Assembly (NCBI RefSeq): GCF_004010195.1
Contig: NC_057718.1
Coordinates: 88,926,229 to 88,990,228, forward strand
DNA: 64,000 bases
From: Chiloscyllium plagiosum
Lineage: Eukaryota
Direction of reading: 5' to 3'
Program-made: the position numbers and the translations under genes
Notes under the pieces: model-generated
The model's input: the letters and a program-made list of their open reading frames with translations, nothing else
Databases searched by the model: none
Told to the model about the DNA's origin: nothing
In this document: positions 36,714 to 50,015 of the stretch, one piece after another
How positions within the stretch are numbered: the first letter of the stretch is position 1
Layout: each line of letters starts with the position of its first letter

Positions 36714-38580
36714 GGTGGGGGGAGGGGAAATGAGGAAACTGAAGAAATCTGAGTTCATCCCTTGTGGTTTGAGGGTTCCTAGGCGGAAGATGAGGCGCTA
36801 TTCCTCCAGCTGTCGTGTTGCTATGGTCTGGCAATGGAGGAGTCCAAGGACCTGCATGTCCTTGGTGGAGTGGGAGGGGGAGTTGAAGTGTTGAGCCACG
36901 GGGTGGTTGGGCTGGTTGGTCCAGGTGCCCCAGAGGTGTTCTCTGAAACGTTCCGCAAGCAGGCGGACTGACTCCTCAATATAGAGGAGGCCACATCGGG
37001 TGCAGCGGATGCAGTAAATGATGTGTGTGGAGGTGCAGGTGAATTTGTGGCGGATATGGAAGGATCCCTTGGGGCCTTGGAGGGAAGCAAGGGGGGAGGT
37101 GTGGGCGCAAGTTTTGCATTTCTTGNNNNNNNNNNNNNNNNNNNNNNNNNNNNNNNNNNNNNNNNNNNNNNNNNNNNNNNNNNNNNNNNNNNNNNNNNNN
37201 NNNNNNNNNNNNNNNNNNNNNNNNNNNNNNNNNNNNNNNNNNNNNNNNNNNNNNNNNNNNNNNNNNNNNNNNNNNNNNNNNNNNNNNNNNNNNNNNNNNN
37301 NNNNNNNNNNNNNNNNNNNNNNNNNNNNNNNNNNNNNNNNNNNNNNNNNNNNNNNNNNNNNNNNNNNNNNNNNNNNNNNNNNNNNNNNNNNNNNNNNNNN
37401 NNNNNNNNNNNNNNNNNNNNNNNNNNNNNNNNNNNNNNNNNNNNNNNNNNNNNNNNNNNNNNNNNNNNNNNNNNNNNNNNNNNNNNNNNNNNNNNNNNNN
37501 NNNNNNNNNNNNNNNNNNNNNNNNNNNNNNNNNNNNNNNNNNNNNNNNNNNNNNNNNNNNNNNNNNNNNNNNNNNNNNNNNNNNNNNNNNNNNNNNNNNN
37601 NNNNNNNNNNNNNNNNNNNNNNNNNNNNNNNNNNNNGGCCCATGCGGGTGCCCATGGCTATTCCTTTCGTTTGGAGGAAGTGGGAGGATTGGAAGGAGAA
37701 GTTGTTCAGGGTGAGGACCAGTTCAGTCAGTCGAAGGAGGGTGTCTGTGGAAGGGTACTGGTCGGTACGGCGGGAAAGAAAGAAGCGGAGGGCTTTGAGT
37801 CCTTCGTGATGGGGGATGGAGGTGTACAGGGACTGGATGTCCATGGTGAAGATAAGGCATTGGGGACCGGGGAAGCGAAAATCATGGAGGAGGTGGAGGG
37901 CGTGGGTGGTGTCCCGAACGTAAGTGGGAAGTTCTTGAACTAAGGGGGACAGGACCGTGTCGAGGTATGCGGAGATGAGTTCGGTGGGGCAGGAGCAGGC
38001 TGAGACAATGGGTCGGCCGGGGCAGTCAGGTTTGTAGATTTTGGGCAGGGGGTAGAAACGGGCGGTGCGGGATTGTGGGACTATGAGGTTGGAGGCGGTG
38101 GATGGGAGATCCCCTGAGGTGATGAAGTTATGGATGGTCTGGGAGATGATGGTTTGGTGGTGGGAGGTGGGGTCATGGTCAAGGGGCAGTAGGAGGAGGT
38201 GTCCACGAGCTGGCGTTTAGCCTCAGCGGTGTAAAGGTTGGTGCGCCAGACTACTACCGAGCTTCCCTTGTTTACCAGTTTGATAATGAGGTTGGGGTTG
38301 GAGCAGAGGGAGTGGAGGGCTACACGTTCCGAGGGTGAGAGGTTGGAGTGTGTGAGAGGGGTGGAGAGGTTGAGGCGGTTAATGTCGCGGCGGTAGTTGG
38401 CTGTGAAGAGATTGAGGGAAGGTAAGAGGCCAGCACGGGGTGACCAGGTGGATGAGGTGTGTTGGAGGCGGGAGAAGGGGTCGTCAGAGGGTGGACGAGA
38501 ATCCTGGTTGAAGAAGTAGGCGCGGAGGCGAAGGCGGCGGAAGAATTATTCGATGTCTCGCCGCGTGTTGAACTCGTTCG
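36714..38580 (-). mobile_element. Penelope-like retroelement (RT + GIY-YIG endonuclease), truncated and disrupted, spanning an assembly gap
   Basis: MDIQSLYTSIP...LTLNNFSF...GIAMGTRMG (PLE RT), then CKTC...FTCTSTHIIYCIRCTRCGLLYI...RFREH...VAQHF (Cys linker + GIY-YIG). Confidence 0.92.
37126..37636. other. Assembly gap
   Basis: Run of N. Confidence 1.
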
Positions 38581-39509
38581 CGTTAGGAGTATGTGGCAAT
38601 ATCCGATGTACATCCAATATTATCAACGATCGTGGCAGGAATAGAGTAAACTAAACATTTGAGTGTTTTAGATTGGAAGCTTGATTAGGAACAGATCATC
38701 TCTAAGTTAGGCAGACCCAATAGCGGATTCTGGATACGTGGGGATCTGGCTGAAGTCATGTCCAATCTGCATGGCATAACAGAATCAATGATCCATGGTG
38801 AGAGATCGCTTTTGAATGAATTAGTCCAAATCCTTAAAACTTACTTTGTGCTGATCTTGACAGAGGATAGAACTAAAGTTTTAGTAGAACAATAGTTCTT
38901 TTTTTGTGCAATGTTCCATCCAGAACTCTTCAGGCCTTCAGAAAGGAGTATAAAAGATTGAAGGAATTGGATAATTAGCACTAAATTTTAGGAAAGGGTG
39001 ACAGTTTGATGTTGAAACAATTAGAAACGGAAGCAGTGAAGTGTGAGTTTCGGGACATTAAGAGTGGGATCATTCAGGAATAGCTTGATCAAATCCTTTG
39101 CAATTCATGTGGCGACAGATCATCTCAGAGTGACACGTTAAAGCTGAAGAAGGACTGTGAGGTGTGTAGATATAGATTGAAAAGACGTGGAGTTGAAGTT
39201 GCTGCTCTGTGCCTGGTTGTGACAGAGGCAGAGTCAGCCAAGAAAGGGACAGGAATTTCCTACTAAGTTCTCGAAGCACCATGTTCCCCTTGTCGTCAAT
39301 GCCATTACACCCTTCCCTAGCTGCAACAGGGAAGGAGCGAGGAGGGAGGTTAATAGCCAGCAATCAGATATTAAAATTGTTGTGAATCAAAGATTGGACT
39401 AAATTTAAAAATTGACAAAGGGAACTTCTTCAACCAGTGGGTGGTGAATCTGTGGAACTCATTGCCACAGAGGGTCACTGAGGGTCTGTAGGACAGAGAT
39501 AAATAGGTG

Positions 39510-39730
39510 TTCAAAGTTTGTGTGAAGATTTGTAGCTCGGGTGCTCGTTGCTGTGGTGCTGTTCGCCGAGCTGGGAATTTCTGGTGCAGACGCTTCGTCC
39601 CCTGTCTAGGTGACATCCTCAGTGCTCAGTTCACAGTTCACAGGAGGCTCCCAAGCACTGAGGATGTCACCTAGACAGGGGACGAAGCGTCTGCACAAGA
39701 AATTCCCAGCTCGGCGAACAGCACCACAAC
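39510..39730. mobile_element. Palindromic hammerhead-like element (family C) inserted in a CR1 fragment
   Basis: 13-bp TSD AGATAAATAGGTG at 39497-39509 and 39731-39743; inverted arms of ~75 bp; CTGAGGA-TGTCACCTAGACAGGGGAC-GAAG-CGTC. Confidence 0.85.
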
Positions 39731-40329
39731 AGATAAATAGGTGCTTGATTGATAAAGGGATCAAGGCTTACAGGGAGAAGGCAGGAGAATGGGGTTTGAG
39801 AAACATATCAGCCACGATCAAATGGCGGAGCAGACTTGATGGGCTGAATGGCCTAATCCTGCTCCATATCTTATGGTCTTAAGCTATCTGTTCATTTCAA
39901 ATGATTGACTCCTGAGGAGTATGCCCAGTACTTTATTATCTGTCATGTCAGCCATATTCTGTGAGAATTAGTTTCATTAGCTTGAAGATTGTTAATGGAG
40001 TTTTACAAAAGCTAGCTTCATTTTTACAGTCAAATTCAGGTTCAGTCGCATTTGGAAAGCCTTGAGAAGAAAGAACCAAGAGAAATGAAATTTTAAGGTG
40101 TATTGGACTGAGTATTTGTAAGCATATTTGGCTGTACAACTTTATGTGTTGCATGTGTAACTTTAAGATATTGAGTCCCTCAGTTGTTGCTAAGTAATTT
40201 CGGTTTACAAATCTGTAAAGTGCACCTGATGTTGCAAAACAGTGTGTGGTCGCTTGGTGATCTGCTAACCTAGTGTCACACAAGGTCAGGATCTGTAGAC
40301 TGGTGCATCCGATCAAATTATTGTCAATG

Positions 40330-40499
40330 GAGAGAAATCAGAGTTAACATTATCAGGTCCAGTGACCCTTCCTCAGAACTCCCTGAAACGTTAACTTTGA
40401 TTTCTCTTCACAGACGCTGTCAGATCTGCTGAGCTTTTCCAGCAATTTCTGTTTTTGTCTCTGATCGACAGTATCCTCAGTTCTTTCATGTTTTTATTG
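40330..40499. mobile_element. Partially palindromic element (family D), probably Penelope-derived
   Basis: GAGAAATCAGAGTTAAC and GTTAACTTTGATTTCTC are inverted; the minus strand has CTGAGGAAGGGTCACTGGACCTG; ATTRTCAATG is duplicated at the flanks. Confidence 0.6.
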
Positions 40500-41719
40500 A
40501 TTATCAATGCTGGGTTTCCCGTGGATGGTCACCACTACAACCTACAAGCCAGACTTCAGAGAATCCATACTAATGCAGATGTTGGTGCACAATAACAGCT
40601 GTAACTTCTGAGCTCAGCTCCACCGAACAGAAAATCTATAATTTAAGATCTGGAAGGAGTTAATGTTGTGTGCAATTAATTTTAATTGGACTTGTTGTGC
40701 TAATTATTGGAGAATGTGCATATATCTGAGAAGCAAGTCCAGTTAAATTCAAGGCATGAATGTTGTCCATCTGACAATCATGTCCCCAAATCTCTTGTAA
40801 GATTTATTGTGGCTCCTTTCTGATTTTTTGATTGTTCTGTTATACAAATTGCAGCAGTAAATTCATCGTGGGCATACTGATTAAGGTTTTTGATGCCAAT
40901 GGCATTGTTTAATCCTGTGATTGATTATAGTCAAACGAAAGGGCTCAAAACTAAAACTAAGGTTGGGGAGGTTTTCTGCCATTTTGATGGTAAAAATGGA
41001 AGACATCTTGATTGGACTGTGTTGACTTTTAAAAGTTAAGAGTATAAAGGGTATCGAACACTTCTCAACTGCAAAAATAGATGCAAATTTTTTTAACAAA
41101 TGTTGAGATTTAGTTTTAACCATACATAGGCAGGCCTATTTCTTTAATGGAATGAGCAGGCTAAAATTCTGTCTTCCCCAGCAGGCTGTGATTGAAGTTA
41201 ACAGTGCTGTTATCAATTGACTCATGGTTGTTGCTTGTTTTAAAAGATTTGCATTTTGTAAGGATGCAAGATCTTCATAGTTACAAACTGCGGCACAGTC
41301 GCTTAAGGCAAAGATTGGTAAAAATGTTGTGCCTTCACAGATAACACATGGGACATTGGAAAACCAAGACCGATAACAATAACTAACTTAGGGTGAAGGT
41401 TATTTTGACAGAGTTTAAATGTTTTTGGTTGGGAAATTCATGTCAATGACTTTAAAATGATTGTAGCCAATACTGGATGGAAAATATGAGGTTTCTTTTC
41501 ATATAAATGGCTATTAAGGTGTGAATTGTGTAACCTGATGGGGTGGTGGAATTGGATTTTGTACCAGCTTTCAAAGGGGACTTGAGGGGAACTAATTTGT
41601 ATGGGTTTGGCAAAAAGAGAGAGCACAGGCATGATGGGTAGAACTCCTCCTTCTGAACTGTACAATGGATGGTTTACGTTTAGCCAAGTCACATCACTCA
41701 AGTACATAAAGTGTTTTTT

Positions 41720-42120
41720 TTATTTATTCATTTTGTGGGATGTGGGCGTTGCCGGCTGGGCCCAGCATTTATTGCCCGTCCCTAGTTGCCCCCTTGAGAA
41801 GGTGGGGGTGAGCTGCCTTCTTGAACTGCTGCAGTCCACCTGCTGTGGGTTGACCCATGATGCCCTGACGGAGGGAATTCCAGGATTTTGATCCAGTGAC
41901 ACTGAAGGAACGGCGATATATTTCCAAGTCAGGATGGTGAGTGGCTTGGAAGGGAGCTTGAAGGTGATGGTGTTCCCATATATATCTGCAGCCCTCCTCT
42001 ATCTGGATGGAAGTGTCTGTGGGTTTGGAAGGTGCTGTCTGAGGATCTTTGGCGAATTTATTCAGTGCATCTCGTAGATAGTACGCAGTGCTATTACTGA
42101 GCGCCGGTGGTTGAAGATGC
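41720..42120 (-). mobile_element. LINE 3' fragment (same family as 3620-4267)
   Basis: Near-identical to 24667-24830. Confidence 0.7.
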
Positions 42121-43084
42121 TTTTTGAGGATAAGGGGTCTTGGAGAGTCGCAGTGTTAAAGTTATGCAATGAAGTCTGGTTTCTCAGATCACAGGATGTT
42201 TGCTTTCTGATTGGCCTTACAGGTTTGAAAGCTCCCTGCTGCCTTGAATTGGACTGTGAACCTGTCCCTATTTCAATTAAGGGGATGTCTTAACAAGTGA
42301 CTGTTTTCTCCCAGGAGTCCTTTTATGACTTGGAAACAGTCCAGGCTCCGGTTTTGCACTCCTGATCTGAAAATTCAGTCCCACTTCCTTTCCAGACGTG
42401 TGGACCGCCAATTGGAACTGATGTTGTAGTGGCCGATATACCTCCTGTTCAAATGTGGAAAGATTCAGAAGTAATTAGTACCCTCATGAAGGCTGACACC
42501 AGATTTCTCGAAACCTTCAAAAGCAGGCTGGATAGAGTAAAAGCTGTTCGTAAAAGGGTAAAGAACGCAAAGGTATAGGTTTAATGTGATGCGCAAACGA
42601 AGCAAGGGTGATGTGGGAAAAAAACATTTTTACACAGCGAATTGTTAGGATATGAAATACACTGCCTGGAAATGTTGTGAAGGCAAGTTCATTGAGGCAT
42701 TTATGAGGGCACTGGATGGTTATTTGGATAGAAAGAGTGTGCAGGGATAGGGGGAAAAGATAGGAGATTGGCACGAGGTAAGAGAACTGGTGCAGACATG
42801 TTGGTCCGAATTGCTTCTTTCTGCATGGTAGCCATTTTGTGATAGTCGCGTCTGAGAAATTGCAATGATAGGTGTGAACACGCCATTTTCTGGCACTGTT
42901 GTTTTTAAGTGTCAGTTCTTAATCTGAGTGAACATTTCCCAGCTGTATTCTTTTATCCTGTTCTACGACTCTCCAGAACAGCCTCAACAGATTGTCTGTT
43001 CTTCGTTTCTGTGGAAAGTTGAAAGATGGCATCAAGGGCTACCTTGATCATTAATTTCCCCCGTACATCAAAATCATCCATACA

Positions 43085-43178
43085 ACCACCTGATGAAGGA
43101 GCAGCGCTCCGATAGCTAGTGCTTCCAATTAAACCTGATGGACTATAACCTGGTGTTGTGTGATTTTTAACTTTGTAT
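43085..43178 (+). mobile_element. Single-arm family B element
   Basis: CCTGATGAAGGAGCAGCGCTCCGATAGCTAG (GAAA changed to GATA), followed by the same tail as 13800-13870. Confidence 0.75.
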
Positions 43179-43919
43179 ACCAAAAGAAGTGAGCCTCAGT
43201 CCTCAGGCATCACCACCCTGAAGGCTCTATGGAAACAATTGCACATTGACCACACTGGCCCAGCTGCCATCAAATAACAAGGGCAAAGAAATATCAAATG
43301 GTTATAGTTGGTTGGGTTGAAGCTATTCCCACTTTTCATTGTATTGCTTTAGCAACTGCAAAAGCACTCATTGAACAAGCTCATTTGAAGTGACATATGC
43401 CTCAGGATATAACCGGTGACAATTTACTTACAAAGAGATCCTGTAGACCCTATTCTGGAAACTAAGGTTAACTCAAATAAACGTCTGAACTAGGGGACTG
43501 AACAAACAGCAGGTTCAATGCCCGCGGCTCCTCAGAGGAGCTGTGAAAGAACTTGCAGAGATGCACACACATGAAGTTTTGCGTAAAGAAGTTTTGAGAT
43601 TAATCCTACCCTGTTCAATTCTTTTTTCTATGTATTTGCTTTTTAGTTTCGCAAATTAATGTGTATTGATTCTTATCATGCAGTTCTAAAAGAAATGAGC
43701 CTTGATTTTGCTAAATTCAATTTGGGAAGACATTAAGATTATACAGATTAAGGTATTTGAGATAGAAACAGGCTGTTCCTCCAACAAATCCTTGCTCCAC
43801 CTGCACTGCCTCCTACATTTTCTCATCAAAACTTACTGTGTCAATTATCTCGTCCCTTCTCTCTCAAATTGTCTGGCTTCTTCTTAAATGCATTCATACT
43901 GTTTGCTTCCATGACTCTT

Positions 43920-44146
43920 TCAGACAGAGGGTAGTACGTGTATGGAATGAGTTGCCAGAGGAAGTGGTGGAGGCTAGTATAGCTACAACATTTAAAAGGC
44001 ATCTGGATGTCTATATAAATAGGAAGGGTTTGGAGGGATATGGGTCAAATGCTGGCAAATGGGACTAGATTAACTAGGGTATCTGGTTTGCATGGACAAG
44101 TTGGACTGAAGCATATATTTCTGTGCTGTATATCTCTATGATTCTG
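43920..44146 (+). mobile_element. CR1 3' fragment
   Basis: QRVVRVWNELPEEVVEA...FKRHLD motif. Confidence 0.8.
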
Positions 44147-46331
44147 TCATAATGAGTTCCACATTCTCATTGCTTATTTTATAAAGAAATGTCTCTGAAA
44201 TTCCCTATGGGTTTGCTGGGTAAGGTAGATTAGCTCAGTTGGTTGGATGGCTGGTCTCAAATATAGAGTGGCGGCAACTGGCTGAGGTCATAATGAAGGA
44301 TTCTCCTTCTCAACATCTCCCCTCACCTGAGACATGGAGACCGATGGGTTAAACCACCAGTGATCTCTCTCTAATGGTTACTTTGCTACCTTATACCAAT
44401 GGTTTTTGATTATGTTGTTTCCTATAAAAGGAATCATTTTCACTAAATTTTCGGTTTATAAAGAGAATCTCTTTATATCCATTTCATTTAACAGAAGAAT
44501 GAATAAAAGGACAACAGGATGAAACCTGCTGAAACAACACACCAGCAATTAAAGGGATTGGGTCATCAATTTAAGTTGACAGCGGAGAGTCAGTGGTTTC
44601 AATAAAAGTACGGGCAGATGAATTAAGACAGGATAGATGTAAAGTTATTATGATAACTAGATGGAACAACTGATCTCAGAGTATGATGAAGGGGGTGAAC
44701 TATTGAAGAAAAATTTGGATTCCAAATATTGCATTCAACAAGCAAAAGATAATCTGGAAATCAAATGGGAATGTGGATTGGCGTGAGGTGCAGAGACTTG
44801 GGTCAGTGTATAGTTCCAGAATCAGTACAAGTGGCGTAACTGTAACTGACGACTGTGCCACTGGTATTACTTTTATGATCAATTAATGTAAAGCCGGGGC
44901 TGTGTACAGAGTGACATCAGTAGACTTGCTGGTGGATAATGTGATATGACGGAGGATAATAGTAAAGTGAAAACGAGAGGCCCCACATCAGACCAGATAT
45001 TTCACATTACTCCAGAAGCAGTGGATTGTACAGTTGTGACTTTTCCTGAAGCACATTACCAGTTTGCAACTTTACTCCAGTTGAAGAATTCCCACCAGCA
45101 TTGAGTTCGACACAGGGATCTTTTGTGTTACAGCTAATGAGAACTACTAGGACCAGTGAGGCAGCGGTGTTTTGCCTTTGGCTAAGCAGAATGATTAAAG
45201 TTAGGGATAATGTGTTTACATTAAGTGGGGTCAACTGTGTTACAAAATATCAAGTACATATTAGCCTCCAGACAGAGGCATTCAGAGCACATGCAACCAA
45301 TGGAAATATTACCTCTTGCTGGATAGTCTATCCCAATAATTATTCAAGAGACAGATTAAGAAGTGTAGTTGGTATGTAGTAAATCAGTCAAGTGAGTGTA
45401 GGGAGGTTGTCTGTTATAAATCGTTTATGTTATGAATGTATTGGGCAGAGATAAGAAGAAGGCCATTCTTGATGCATGGCTCCTTAGTACTGAATGAACA
45501 AAAACCAGATGTTTTTGCACAGTCTTACTGACAGAGATGAACCAGCCGTGGTTAGAATGCAATGAAATAGTGGTGTGACATGAGGAGGATGTAGTTAAAC
45601 ACAGGGAAAATAGTGCTGCCAGTGGGGTACTTGGGGATTTTGAATTTAGATTCATGAAGATGAAGGTAAGCAGTTAAAGCTGAAAGGCTTTTGATCCATG
45701 GATGACAAAAGACTGGAAAATGCTGGTATTCAGAAGGACCTGTCTCCTTGTGCACAAATCACGGAAAGTGAGATCCAGAAACAATTTGTAAAGGCAATAA
45801 TAAGCTAGGCCTGAGTTGTTGCTCCTGAGTCGAAAGCACAGATTTAGAGAAAATTTCTGACTCGGCAAACAGGACCCGCCCCGTATATTCGGGACATTTC
45901 ATTCCAGGGAGGTTGGGCTCAGATGTTAATAGGAGTCGAACCTGTTACCCCAAGCCACAGGGATAGGGAGGTCAGACCAGGAAGGAAAAGAATGAAACAA
46001 AAACCAATTCCACCCCCCCCCCTTCACATCCCTAATGCTCACCCCTCACCTCCCTGACCCTCACACCCCCATCCATACCAACCCATTCCACTCATAGCCC
46101 TCAAACTGTCTGTGCCACTTCATGTGACCCCACCTAGTCTCAGGTGATGGCTACTTCAGGCAGTGATGAGGAGAAATTCCTTTACTCAGAGTGTTGCGTC
46201 CATTTTTGGAACTATCTACCTCAGAGATTTGAGTTGTTGGGTAAATTCCTGTCAGAGATTGATATTTTGTTAGTTATTGGGGGAAACTCATGGAAGGTGA
46301 AGCTGAAGTTAGCGATTAGACATTATCCTTT

Positions 46332-46648
46332 TAGATTAGATTAGATTAGATCCCCTACACTGTGGAAACAGGTCCTTCAGCCCAACAAGTCCACACCAAC
46401 CCTCCGAAGAGCAACCCACCCAGAGCCATTTCCCTCTGACCAATGCACCTAACACTACGGGCAATTTAGCATGGCCAATTCACCTGAACTGCACATGTTT
46501 GGACTGTGGGAGGAAATCAGAGCACCCGGAGGAAACCCAAGCAGACACAGGGAGAATGTGCAAACTCCACACAGCCAGTCACCCGAGGCTGGGGTCGAAC
46601 CTGGGACTGTGAGGCAGCAGTGCTAACCACTGAGCCACCATGCCGCCC
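46332..46648 (-). mobile_element. HE1-like SINE
   Basis: (TAGAT)n tail and shared body. Confidence 0.85.
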
Positions 46649-47584
46649 TGAAAGCTCTTGTTCCTATTTCTTAATGATTGATGTTATTCTGAGGCCCTGG
46701 TTTATGACTGATACTGAAATGTTATATGTGCTTCAGGAATTAAGATTTTGTCAATGGACCTGACTTAATAAAGAGTTAATACCATAGTTACAGGTAGGAA
46801 AATGTGGTCCTCAGATGCCAATTTCTCTGTGCAATGGGTGCTGCTTTGTGTCAAAAATGGCCATTGCACTCGCTTCATAAGCACACTGTGGGTTGCAAGC
46901 CACAGTGGACATCACCTTGCTGAGGTCATTTGCACCAGTTATGGGGATTACACACCAGATGGGACATCAATCAGCACTGAGACCAGAGCTGTCATTTCCG
47001 ACCTTAACACTGGGGCTATCATCCTCTTGTAATCTCACAGAGGAATTCACAGCAGGAAGGTCACATTCTCCCTATCCCGTGACAACCCCCTCCCCCACTA
47101 CCCTCCACTATCATCACCTTTGAGCTGAGCTCCATTGATCAAAGTTGCACTCAGTTCACTATCTTATTTGAAGGTGCTGAAGTCTGAAGGAACCGTGTTC
47201 TTTTGAGGATTCTGCACCCGGACGTGAACGCTGACGTTTGAGTCCTGCTTGTACGGTGGTGTGAGAGGGAGAAGCAGCAGAGGTAATGTGGAGGAGGACA
47301 ATTTGTCCAAAGATGGATAAGCGGGAGAAGAACAGCAGATAATTTCCACTTCAGATCTCCAAAGTGAGAGAGCAACAGTGGGGTGGAATACCATCTATTC
47401 CTCATTTTTAATTTCAAACTGTACTTTATTCATTTAAAAAAATGCATATGTATACATAATCACAAATGCAGTTCGGTTCTGTGCAGTAGCACGTCAAGGA
47501 AACAAATAAACATTGGAGTTTGACTCTATCCAAATAAACCAAAGGTATCGACCGAGGCAGTGTTGATAAATGTACCTCCAGCTG

Positions 47585-48430
47585 CAGACAGACCTCAAAC
47601 CAAAGCGAGGGTAGAATTGGCAATGGCTGTCAAGGTGTGTGTGACCTTGAATATTCATGTGCTGGGCTCCTTCCAGGTTGAAACAGGCAATATTTATAAC
47701 ATGCTACAAACACAAGAGCTCGAAAGGGCAGGCGAATATATTTTTATTCCCGGGAGGAGGTGGGTGGATCTTCGGCAGGACCGCAGATCTCCCCAAGGTG
47801 CCACAGAATTGTTGCTTCAGGCCAAAGTCCCTCAACATCCACCTGGTGTGCGAATGGACACAGTGAGTCAGTCAAGTCAAAGTGAGGACTGCAGATGCTG
47901 GAGATTAGAGTCAAGGTTAGAGTGGTGCTGGAAAAGCACAGCAGGTCAGGCAGCATCCGAGGAGCAGGAAAATTGACGTTTCGGGGCAGGAGCCCTCTGA
48001 TCATTCCTGATGAAGAGCTTCTGCTCCCCGGATGCTGCCTGACCTGCTGTACCTTTCCAGCACCACTCTAATCTTGATAGTGAGTCAGTCAGCCCAGGGT
48101 ACTGTGTCTTGGCAATACTTATGATCATTTCCTTCTCTACCTACACTGGAGGATAGCCATGATGTGAAGGAGCAGGTGTTTGACTGGTTACACTCAAAGC
48201 ATCATAACAAAGTAAATGGTGAGTTCAGAACGAGAGTCATACTGCAACCTGAAACCTTGACCCTTTTTCTCTCTCTGCACAGATGCTGTTGTTGAGTTTC
48301 TCTGGAGCTCACTGTTTGTTTATTGACGCAGTGAGTGCCATTGACTGGCAAGAGCCATTCACTGAGCATTTACCTCAGGAACCCAGCAACCCAATCATGG
48401 ACAACATGCTGCCACACCCAGTGTGATGGG
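47585..48430 (+). mobile_element. Second decayed Harbinger/HARBI1-like transposase, interrupted by later insertions
   Basis: Motifs in order across frames: LAMAVKVCVTLNIHVLGSFQVETGNI, RAGEYIFIP, FGRTADLPKV, SLNIHLVCE, LGNTYDHFLL, GKSHSL...LRNPAT, QHAATPSV. These correspond to Harbinger motifs ALxFYxxGSFQ, YIxFP, FxxxAGFPxV, SxNVQLVCD, PGSxHD, GDxGYP, HxxTR. Confidence 0.7.
47875..48078. mobile_element. Palindromic family A element
   Basis: 13-bp TSD AGTGAGTCAGTCA at 47862-47874 and 48079-48091. Confidence 0.85.
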
Positions 48431-49196
48431 GGAGGTGACTGAGACCACCCCTTTCCAGTTGGGTTGCCCATGATCAACTGATCAGACTATGATGTCCAAG
48501 AGCACAACCCCCCAGCCACATAATTCCACCCCCTCCCCCCCCCGCCAACGCCTTCCCCACTTGGTGACCATCACAGCATCGTCATGGCCACAATGCTTAC
48601 CTTTAGGAGTCACCTCAGGACAATCGTTTCAAACCAACTTCATACCTTCGAGTCATTCGACGTTATAAAGCAAAGTCAACAGTTGTCCCTTGTGCATTCC
48701 ATTAGCGCCCGTCTCTTTGCTGTCTTCATCACGCTCCACCCAGTGCTACACCAGGAGGGTGTGGATTGTCGACGGGACGGGCACAGGGCAGCTCCAAGGG
48801 ATGGCAGGCCCAGCTCCAGACTGTACCACACAGCACGGGCTGACAGGCAAGAAGCGAGGGCACTACCAGTGTGTGGGCAGGTAGATGCTGCCAGCCTGGC
48901 AGAGGGGCAGCAGCTTCGCACTCCACGGCATTACTGCCCCCTTACCCCCCCCACCCCACACACCGTCCTGGTAATCACACAGATGGCTGGGAGCACCCTG
49001 GTAAATCGTAGCTGGGGGGTGGCGATCCCGGTAGTAAGAAAAGCTGGCATGACTTCAGTCTGAGAATCCCCTGCAGCTCAAGGCTGCTGAAGGAAAATGG
49101 AAGATTGGCATTTATGTAGTGCCTTTCATGGCCACTATCCTATGGCATTTATGTAGTGCCTTTCATGGCATTTTACATCTGTTGAAGGACTCTGAG

Positions 49197-49522
49197 ACAA
49201 GGTTTTTTCCTGGGGTAGGGGTTTCCAGAATTAGACTGCATAGGCTTAGGGTGAGAGGGGAAAGATATAAAAGGGACATAAGGGGCAACTTTTTCACGCA
49301 GAGGGTGGTGCGTGTATGGAATGAGCTGCCAGAGGAAGTGGTGGAGGCTGGTACAATTACGACATTTAAAAGGCATCTGGACAGGTATATGATTCGGAAG
49401 GGTTTGGAGGCCAAGGAAGGGCCAAGTGCTGGCAAATGGGACTAAATTAGGTTGGGATAACTGGCCAGCATGGACAAGTTGGGCCGAAGGGTCTGCATCT
49501 GTGCTGTACATCTCTATGACTC
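49197..49522 (+). mobile_element. CR1 3' fragment
   Basis: HRLRVRGERYKRDIRGNFFTQRVVRVWNELPEEVVEAG; CTCTATGACTC tail. Confidence 0.85.
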
Positions 49523-50015
49523 AGATACTGGTGTAAAGTTGCAATGTGTGCTGCACAGGCCATTGACAGCTGCACAATGGTTGGTTCACAAGTCTCTGAA
49601 AGAATCGACCAGCAGCATCCCATTGGCGATGATAGGCCGGGGGCTCTGTGTAAATCTCTGCATGGGAGGGGAATTGAGGTAAAATCCTCACACCCAGAGG
49701 TCTGGAATATACCACCTGGGAGGGGTATTTGAGGCAGGAAACATCACAACCTTTAAAAGGTATTAGGGTGAGCACTTGAAGTGTCATAACATTGAAGGCT
49801 TGGTGCCTAGTGTGGGAAAGTGGGACGGGTGTAGGTAGTAGTGCATTTTTGGTGGTACAGACTCGATGGGCTGAAGGGTCTCTTCTGTACCATATGTTCT
49901 ATGACACCTTAACGTATCTTCCCATAAGCCTTACATAATGGCCACCTTTGAGAGTTCTTTTCTGAATTCTATCCAGCAGAAACCATTGTGCCATCCAGCT
50001 CTCCAGCAGACCTGG

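Noticed and set aside
36798..37943. Long ORFs of 263-348 aa, and similar ones at 56950-57682
   Set aside because: Lengths are inflated by N gaps; only the minus-strand PLE frame is meaningful.
40356..40367. GGTCCAGTGACC resembling an estrogen response element
   Set aside because: Wrong spacing and a mismatch versus GGTCAnnnTGACC, and it is helix II of a repeat. I saw no perfect ERE by eye, but did not scan exhaustively.
49106..49169. Short direct duplications (27 bp here; 20 bp near 19910-19950; stutter at 33750-33790)
   Set aside because: Ordinary slippage duplications, mostly within repeats.
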